Positions 32,001 to 64,000 of a stretch of DNA of 64,000 nt are shown one piece after another; position 1 is the first letter of the stretch, and each line of letters opens with the position of its first letter. The notes beneath the pieces are model-generated. The model searched no databases. It saw only the letters and a list, made by a program, of their open reading frames with translations, and was not told the DNA's origin. Location of the stretch: positions 280,392 through 344,391 of the forward strand of contig NMRA01000026.1 of the NCBI GenBank assembly GCA_002633005.1. Reading direction: 5' to 3'. The stretch is from Phoronis australis. Lineage: Eukaryota; Animalia; Phoronida. The position numbers and the translations under genes were made by a program.

Positions 32001-35000
32001 GTTTTTAATTTATTTTCATTACCAAGTCAATGTTTGGTTTTCATACTCATCAAGAATAAACTTTGTATTGAATTTTCGATGTTATTTAAATGAATTGGGT
32101 CGTTTTCATACATATAAAATTTAGTCATCAAATCTGTAATCCATGTCATTCATCACCAGCCGATAATGCTTGTACAATCTTTGAATTTTTTTGCGTTGAC
32201 GTTTACTTAGTACCCAGAAATCGTATTGATTGACATGGCTGGGCATGGTTATAGTCTTTAAATGATTTGATTTTCTTTTGTTGTTTTTTGGATGTGAGCT
32301 GTTACTGTTGTACACAATTGAGAACTCAAAATTCACCTGGTGTCGCCTTGAAGCACGGAAACCTTAACATAGAAATGCCTGCATACAGGTGAATCATGTG
32401 GGTCTCGTATCACGCCTGACACCCCAGTGTTAATGAACTGCTTTCTGCTCTCAATGTATTCACGTGCCAAAAAGAGGGACCTTTATTCATGAGCGCCATC
32501 TATTGAATACTAAGTCCCCCATTTCTCTTTGTTGAACTAGTGAACCTAACAAAATCAGATCCACTTACTGTGGTCAATGTTCTCTGTCTTATTTGTATGA
32601 CAGACCAAGCTACTTGCTGAGTGTCAGTTAAAGAAGACCGAGCTAGAAGGCGCTCTTGCCGATGTTGAGCGGACAGCCAAAGACCAGCTGCAGCACCTGG
32701 CTGGCCAGAGTGAAGCTGCGGTGGAGGCTGCCCAGACTAAACTACAGGAGTCTCATAGTCTCATACAGGAGTTGCACAGCTTCGTCAAAGTAAGCCATCG
32801 CAGCATTCGTGGAGCCCATTTTATGAAAAGTCACAAGTCTGGTTTTAGCGAATGTGGTCATAGGCACGTTATTGCAGACGCAACGCTGTGTTTTTGAAAG
32901 AGCAAAAATATTGCATCTGCTGTAAAGTTGGCAATTTTTCCCATTCTGGCTTTACCTTCTGCCTTCAGGAACGACATTTGGGAGCTGTGTACAAATTGAA
33001 ATTGAAATTACGAACATCTTAACTACGACCATCCTAAGACTTTTGATAAAAGGGGCCACTGGTCTGCTAAATTCATAGGAACTATTCATTTGTGTGAAGC
33101 TAGCGGCCACTATATTTTGGCCCAAGTGTCAGTTGTATATAAAGTTGTGTTTATATCAGAGCTGTTGGTGTGCAACTGAATTCTTAAAACTAAGTAAATT
33201 AAGACATGCACGCAATAGACAGCTACAAGTGAACCTTTGGCGCATGGGCATAATGTACAAACACTTGTGTTGAATAATAAAGATTATGTAGAACCCTAGA
33301 AAAAATCCAAATTTGGCTAACTTTGGAACGTCATGTTTAAAAATTGTGCCTACTTGCCCATTAGGCCTACTCCCATAATTCAATGCTTCAGGTGGCCATT
33401 TTTTTGTTAGGGAAACTTGCTTAAAAACAATTCCGATTTGGTATGTTGCATTAATGTGGTATTGCATGACCTCAACAAACTGTGAATGATCTCTGGGCAG
33501 AAAAATGTTTAGAGAAAACGTTCTACATACAACTGTCTTGTGTCGTGAGAACAGAAAGGCATCTTTCACTTTGACCCAATGTCTAATTCTGGCGTGCTAG
33601 ACAGGCAGAGTGGACAGGGAGAAAGGGCAATTTCTTTCATTCACGACAATTTTGAGACTTTCAACATCATGACTGGCAATTTCATGGCGTGATGGTCGCA
33701 AAGAATTTTTAAGAAATTCTGAGAAATCCCACTGCATTAAACTCATAAAAGAATGCAGAGCGCTGTCTACAAAATAGTATATCGCCATTTTGGGACACAG
33801 TATACATCATTTGGCTGCCACTGTATCTGAAAGTGGTTATTAATAAGACAAAATGATTTTCTGTCAACAGCACTGCACTGGTCCTTCAGTACAAGACAAA
33901 AGTAATCGACAAAATACCATTTTCTCATCGTGTTGGTTAATTCTGTCAACACCAAAAATGAATGGTAATAACCATCTAGTTACAGAATGGCTTTGTCACC
34001 TTACTAACTAATCACAGAATGGATTAGTCTCCTTACTAACTAATTTCAGAATGGCTTAGTCTCCTTACTAACTAATTACAGAATGGCTTAGTCTCCTTAC
34101 TAACTAATTACATAATGGCTTAGTTTCCTTACTAACTAATTACAGAATGGATTAGTCTCCTTACTAACTAATTACAGAATGGATTAGTCTCCTTACTAAC
34201 TAGTTACAGAATGGCTTAGTCTCCTTACTAACTAATTACAGAATGGCTTAGTCACCTTACTAACTAATTACAGAATGGCTTAGTCACCTTACTAACTAAT
34301 TACACAATGGCTTAGTCACCTTACTAACTACAGAATGGCTTAGTCACCTTACTAATTAATTTCAGAATGGCTTAGTCTCCTTACTAACTAGTTACAGAAT
34401 GGCTTAGTCACCTTACCAACTAATTACAGAATGGCTTAGTCACCTTACTAACTAATTACAGAATGGCTTAGTCACCTTACAAACTTCCGTTTTAATTTCT
34501 CTTCATTCTGTCATAACGGAAAACTACTCTGATCGTGAATTCGGTTTCCATCCAACCATCGTGATGGGAATTTTGTCTGAATACTTTTGGCTTGTACTCA
34601 AGGCTTCATTTTGGTCCCCCCTCATCAGTTTTAGATGAAGGCAGTTTCCGTGCAAAGTTGCCGACATCTACCCTGCTATCTTATATGTCTGTCTCTAGCT
34701 AAATCTATGTCAGCACGATTTAAGCTTTAAATTTGTTGTCAGCATTATTGGGGTTAGGGCAACTGGATCCTCACTACTACTGCATTGATTGTGTGACCTG
34801 GCAACCACTGAACACTCTCACGATTTGTCTCCCCTGTAGACGCTGTCTGTGGAGATTCTGCGAGGTGTGCAGAATGCTCGCATGTTGATTCGTCAGCAGA
34901 AGAACAGGGCGAGGTCGGAGTCACGACGCAAGGCCCAGCGCGAGATGGAGCGGGCACAGGATGTAGCCAGGAACATATTGAACATTGGTCAGACAGAGCT

Positions 35001-37425
35001 GGACGAACTGATGGAAGAGGAAGAGTTGGAGAAGGAGGTGAGTCATCGTAGCAGATGACATATTGAAGGAATTCCAAAAAGCTAATATTTCATAGTTATA
35101 TTCTTAATGTCACCTAAGCCTTACCTAGGGTATCCACTCCTCCTTGTTCGTGAACCGCCTGTATGTCATTAAATGCATTCTTTTCTCACAATTTTTGTTT
35201 ACTCAGCAATTTTGTTCTTGTGAACTTCTTTCCTTTCTCATCAACTTCAACTACTTTATCAGAAATGGTGTTTTCTTCAAACAAATTGTTTGTGAGAAAT
35301 GAATGTCATCGGGAAAAACGTAAATTTGATGAGAGATGAAGATTGGCTACCCATGACAGGTGACTATTTTACTCAAACATTTTAACTATTTGACTTTGTA
35401 AGTTAAAATTTAAAGCTCATAGGTTGTAAAAAATTAACTTACTTTTAAAGAACAAGCCATTGTTTCAGTGAATACCTTTGTCAAAAGCTGTCTGATCATG
35501 AAAAGTATTTGAAAACCGCCTGAAATCCTACAAGTCTTGTTAATAACAGAGTGTGACACATGTCCAGATATACTGCCGGCGACATCTCAGTTGTCTCAAA
35601 TTAGTTTCATCCCAGTAACGTGACATGGAAAATCAAGGTTTTATGAAAATACATGCCGATTCTTCTGGACCATCCAATTGTAGGGTTATCGTAACGGCCG
35701 ACTTACAATTTTTGAAAGCCGAATATGAAAAAATTTTGAATTTTCTACTGGCTTGTAAAGCTATTGACAAGCTCTCGCTAACACTTCCGTTTTGCTGTGA
35801 TTTCGTAGACAATGGAAAATGACCTTGCCAGACACAAGGATCGTAAGTGGTCCAAGAAATGGGAACGACTGCTAGCTACGAAGGTGAGTGGATACAGGAC
35901 ATGCACAGCAGGCTTCTACGAATTGTCGTTATTATTGTCTACCCAGATAGTCCCAGTAATACTTCATGGGAGCATTCACACATTACATCACCACTCGAGG
36001 GGAGGGGGTTTGGAAAAGATAACGATTTATGACATGGGCAGGGGTTTTGACTCGTCATGACGTCATCATGTGGTTCATTAGAATGTCTCCATCATGGTAG
36101 TTATCGTTGGGAAACTGGTTCACCTTCCAGAAGAGTTGTTTTGACAAAGAATTCCAACCACCAAATAATGTATTCGAACGCCTGAAATGTTTATATTGTT
36201 AAAATGGAAAAAAGAATTGACGATTTGAGAGTTGAAATGGTGCATAACTTTACTTCACTGCTGAATACAATAGAGGCAAATGCAGCTTACAATTATGAAG
36301 AAACATTTAGGTTGCTATTAGAATCTGGAATCTCCAACAGAATTTCGGTTCTTCTAGAAACAGGGAGTTGTTGTAATGACATAATTAGAGGCAGGACAGC
36401 GGATTTATACCATGGTGATGGGTGATGACAGGGGGGTAAAGGGGGTAAAAAGTTAGTAGCAAATTTTTGGATGATGTAATATGTGAAGGTTCCATTACCA
36501 ACATATTAAGAAAACACAAAGCAGTCGCTCAAACAGAGGCTCGTAAAGTAATGAGGTAATCTTTTTCACACTGTATCATGCCACTATGAGAACAAAGGGC
36601 AAAATTAGCTGTATTGAATAAGGGTCTGAACTGTATGCTATATAAGGATTTTTGTGGCAGTGTATGTGAATGAAAGCCAGTAAGATCAACTATTGGTTAC
36701 AATTTGCAATTCATGACACTAGTGAGCTTAGAGTATTCTGTTCAAAGCAACCAAATTTATGCTTTACTGTTCAATGTAGGCATTTAGTTTTGTGATAGGA
36801 AAGTGGTGGGTAGTACACTGATTGTGGGACTTTAAAGTGGGACTTGCATGCTGATTCCTTATCTCTGTGATTGCTTGGTCAAATTAGTTGGAAACACAAC
36901 ATATATCAACGATGTGAATGTGAAGTATGCTGAAAATTGCCAGATGTGTTTAAGAATGAATTTTGTGTCCAAAATGATCTTCCGTATATCACTCAACAGT
37001 GTCCAGTAAGTATCGTGACATGGTGTTGGGGAATAACACTGCATGATGCAGGCTATGTGAGCCGCCAAGGTAAGTCTTTAGTGCAAAGGTCACCTATCTG
37101 CAGGTTTTTTATTTTCACATTCACAGGTTGTCTATGAATACAACTGCACTTTTTTAGCAAATAGCATCATCGTTTAGTTGCTGCTATACAGTAGCATAGT
37201 TAGGAGCATGCAAATACATCTTTAAGGGCTACTGGTATAAACAATTGTGCTGCGGTACTTTGTTCGAGTCGTGAAAATCTGACTGATGCATCTTCAACTT
37301 GTGCAAGTTTTATTGTATTTCCATACTGCGTCTTATTTCAGCACGACTTCGCTGTACCCCTAGTAGAAGTTATGATGGAGAAAGTTGAAGAGAGAGTACA
37401 GCTCCTCAGTCGGCTGCGGACGTAA
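17032..37425 (+). CDS. CNTLN: Centlein (centrosomal coiled-coil protein), 5'-partial, 18 exons, ~730 aa
   Basis: In-phase GT-AG exons: 17032-17160, 17926-18026, 18420-18514, 18824-18912, 19569-19655, 21015-21126, 22769-22869, 23450-23616, 24646(or 24652)-24920, 25293-25433, 26884-26981, 29407-29515, 30983-31042, 31751-31846, 32604-32789, 34840-35037, 35809-35883, 37342-37425 (TAA). Peptides ALWNELTHFK, MNLEEELDSLRV, LNRSIEQMSAIF..WEELS, INRLERDISQKR, QLQHLAGQSE and ARNILNI are collinear with recalled human centlein (AVWNELAYFK, MNLEEELDELKV, ISRMERDITMKR, AASILNIS). Confidence 0.9.
17306..17438. repeat. ~130-bp imperfect inverted repeat in a CNTLN intron
   Basis: aacatcgtttctaaaatct..tatttacacc / ggtgtaaata..agattttagaaacgatgtt; arms ~55 bp. 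Confidence 0.85.
17926..18026 (+). CDS. CNTLN: CNTLN exon (MNLEEELDSLRVRESQDAATIHELKLCLEQEKE)
   Basis: TAG acceptor at 17923-17925 and GTAGG donor at 18027; strong similarity to the mid-region of centlein. Confidence 0.88.
21647..21805. mobile_element. ~160-bp G/C-tract MITE (CAGTGGCRGAT..GGATCCGCCCATG)
   Basis: Short TIRs; internal sequence (ccatttggca..atgtctgatgggcaaaatcctggctaatactc) is shared with copies at ~11545-11675 and ~13127-13290. Confidence 0.8.
28621..28825 (+). mobile_element. SINE copy (28683-28825) preceded by an inverted SINE head (28621-28658)
   Basis: Same head and core motifs as the other copies; 28621-28658 is the reverse complement of the head. Confidence 0.72.
29662..30811. 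repeat. Direct tandem triplication, ~386-bp unit, ~3 near-identical copies
   Basis: Units start at ~29662, 30046 and 30432 (attcacccatttgcca); the twin ORFs at 29762 and 30148 are offset by 386 bp. Confidence 0.95.
32604..32789 (+). CDS. CNTLN: CNTLN exon absent from the ORF track
   Basis: TKLLAECQLKKTELEGALADVERTAKDQLQHLAGQSEAAVEAAQTKLQESHSLIQELHSFVK with CAG/GTAAG boundaries. Confidence 0.88.
33976..34480 (+). repeat. 32-bp minisatellite (~16 copies), consensus TTACAGAATGGCTTAGTCACCTTACTAACTAA
   Basis: Directly visible head-to-tail periodicity with no spacers. Confidence 0.97.
35968..36494. mobile_element. Non-autonomous TIR element
   Basis: Left ggagcattcacacattacatcacc versus reverse complement of the right end ggaaccttcacatattacatcatcc; G-rich subterminal blocks. 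Confidence 0.65.
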
Positions 37426-38263
37426 CTGTGTGCCAACTGGGACATGGGTTACACCCTCGTGTGCTTTAACTCCCCAAGTGTCACGCTTGCAAACTACACA
37501 CTGAACTAGCGTTTATTTTCACCCATTTAAGGATGGTTACCAATGTTACTTAAAGTGGCATTTCTCCCCACTTAGCCGTCACTTTAAACATGTTTCGAGT
37601 TCTTAACCTAAAAACCAACTGACCTATTTTTGAATGGAATTCCCTGCACTCCATTTCTTAATTACAAAGTTGACCAAGTCCGATAAAATTGAGAATTTTT
37701 CAATGTGTTTTTTTTTGACCAAGTGAGGCTTTGATAACGAGTTCTATCATGACATGGACATTTTTGAGACTGATTGTATACCAGTGGACAACCAGATTCT
37801 GTTTTAGTCAGCTATACAGAGCAGAATGCAGCTTTAAATGAAAAGGGCAGGATTCTAAAGTCAATACAGCGAAGTTCGTATATCAAATTTATACATTTGT
37901 AATTTTAGCTTTAGTAATAGCTGGTAGAGTATGCTGTGTGTCAAAATCAGCTAGTCAATATTCGACAGGATGTGGGTACTGGGAAACCTGTCCAAAGACT
38001 GCCCATTGCAACTCTGCTAGTGATGTCCCCGAGAACGCTAAATGTAAAGGTTTAACAGGATCAAGATGGAATATTGGAATTTAAATTTGTATCACATTCT
38101 AAGAAGTCCTTGAGAGCAACTTGAAAGATGAAACAACGGTTTAATGCGCTATGAGCTTCCCCTATTGCTCAAAGCGCAACAACGGAAAGCTGTTGTCACC
38201 TTACCTATCTTTGATGAAACTTAATTATTTCACGAAATATATATTGCACGTTTTGTATAAAGT

Positions 38264-38362
38264 AATAAAAATACTTAATAAGCTATTGTAAATACTGTAA
38301 ATAAATATGCATTATTTAATAAACACTTTAATACCTTATAAAGTTATTTATTAACATTTATT
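38264..38362. terminator. Clustered poly(A) signals for convergent CNTLN (+) and CCDC171 (-)
   Basis: AATAAA on + at 38264, 38300 and 38318; AATAAA on - (tttatt) at 38347 and 38357; roughly midway between the two stop codons. Confidence 0.6.
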
Positions 38363-39394
38363 AAATGGTACTGAAACAAAGGGTTCAAGAAATAAGCTGC
38401 GACTGTATGGAATGTAAAAGGATGAATCATTCAAAAATGCATTAAGCAGGGTAGACAATCTTTTCCTTCACGGCTCACACAGTTGGTTTCATAAACAACG
38501 TCCTTTTTTCATTAACTCAAATCTTTTCTTAAGAGCTGTACTTTTTTCATGAACTGCAATTCAGTTCATACGAATGCAGTTTTCTCCGTTAACCACATTT
38601 TGTTTTAAAAATTGACAGAAGGCTGAGGTGCACATGCTTGGTACCATGTATTAAATATGTGCACTGTAATTTGTAAGATATGTAAAAAATTGTAATGGTA
38701 AGAACACAATTGCAGCACATGAGAAAATAATTACAGCTCGCGAGAAAAGAAGTACATCCACGAGAAGATGCAATTTCAACACTTGAGGGAGGAAAATTGC
38801 CTTGGCCGACAAGGTGTTCCATGTGAAGACAAATGGACAATAAATATACCATGTACAATGAAAAAACAAGGATGACATTTAACTGAACGACGTTCAATAT
38901 CACACCAACACAGTTACAATGAGTCGGCCACTACCTGTGTGACACTCAACTGTGGAATAGAGATGTGCAAAAACAGGTGTTACATGGGATGAATACAGCA
39001 TGGAGACTGAACCCTCAACAAGCCTCGGCAGCGACAACTCGTGCGTGATGCGAAGTTACTGATATGCTAATTCAACACTCTTTTAAGGTGCAGCAGGCAA
39101 AAATTATTTTAATTCAAAATCTGTGTTCCCACTCTTGATGGGCTTGACAGCGCAATTACGTGTAAACTGATGTCCACTTTCGATAAAATAGTTTCTACTT
39201 TACAACTTTTGCTAAAAATAAGTTGACAAAAAGTAGTTATTTTTTGGACTTAAAAATTATAAAACACTAAGTGAACTAGGTGTTAACACATTTCAAAAGT
39301 TCTTTAGTTCCTCTTGCTCTTTGTCCCTTTGCAAGTGACTTTGGAGGGCTGGTGACTGCTGGAGACTGTTCTTCTCTTCGTCCACCAGGGGTCG

Positions 39395-63277
<23,883 letters not shown>

Positions 63278-64000
63278 CTGAAACAAACGCGAAACATTGT
63301 CATTATCACATTACTTTGCGGACGAAATTTGCCAATGCAAGACTAACAACCAATCTTCAGTGGATGGAGGTAACAAGCACACGTGCTATTATTCCTCCTC
63401 TGGAGAATCATGAAACCCTATCAACAGACTAACTTTTTCAGAGAACACTGATTATCATACGAATGCCAGCATCTGAGCTTGTACCAATTTTCAGAAACGG
63501 ACACTTTTTCAGACACCTTTTTGCCACAAATTCTACAAGAAAATGTAAGACATTTGCATGAATTGATGATTTGTAATTATAAAATAACAAAAACACAAAG
63601 CAAAACCGATTGTTCCCCTTTAAGGGAAATCAGCTCAAAAGCAGGACTACGAGACATACTGTTAGGGAGGACAATCAAAAAGTAGGTCACGGTGCTCCAT
63701 ATATGCCTCCGTGTAAAACCCACGTCGGTAAATTACCCGATTTCAGACTTCAAAGTTAACTATAAGACAATTTTGTGTTATAAATCGTTACCTTAGTCTT
63801 TATTTGTAAGTTTGTAGTCTTTTTGTATCAAATTAGCGCTGATAAATCATTTTTTGTAAGCTTTTTTTAGCGCACGATTTTCCGCCATGCGATCAACTTT
63901 CGAAAAAGTACCTCTTGTTCCTCCTATCCAAAAGAGCACTATACTCTCAAATACAAACATGAAATTTGGACAGGATGTAGTTTAGATGCGTGCGCATCTC

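Noticed and set aside
33156-33569. 137-aa minus-strand ORF
   Set aside because: Intronic and antisense, includes a dispersed-repeat fragment, no protein-like motif.
33976-34480. CRISPR array
   Set aside because: The 32-bp units are contiguous with no unique spacers; there are no cas genes and the context is a eukaryotic intron.

Overview
AT-rich, intron-rich animal (invertebrate bilaterian-type) genomic DNA, not prokaryotic; most ORF-track entries are exon fragments or noise. Three spliced genes can be rebuilt by hand with in-phase GT-AG junctions. (1) Minus strand: a C1orf53/DUF5522-like gene (CDS 15445->11296, ~395 aa) with an unusually long N-terminal exon carrying a 38-aa duplication. 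(2) Plus strand: the C-terminal ~730 codons of centlein (CNTLN; 18 exons, 17032-37425); its N-terminal half is missing and probably lies in an assembly gap marked by a single N at 16674. (3) Minus strand: an almost complete CCDC171 (27 exons, 63277->39395), convergent with CNTLN, with opposing poly(A) signals at ~38.3 kb. The first ~11 kb has no convincing coding exons but is rich in promoter-type motifs. Introns hold tRNA-derived SINEs with a CTCF-like motif, several MITE families, Helentron/HINE-like ends, a 386-bp triplication, a 32-bp minisatellite of TACTAAC units, and a palindromic hammerhead-ribozyme-like relic. Homology calls rest on my recall of the human proteins, not on a database search.
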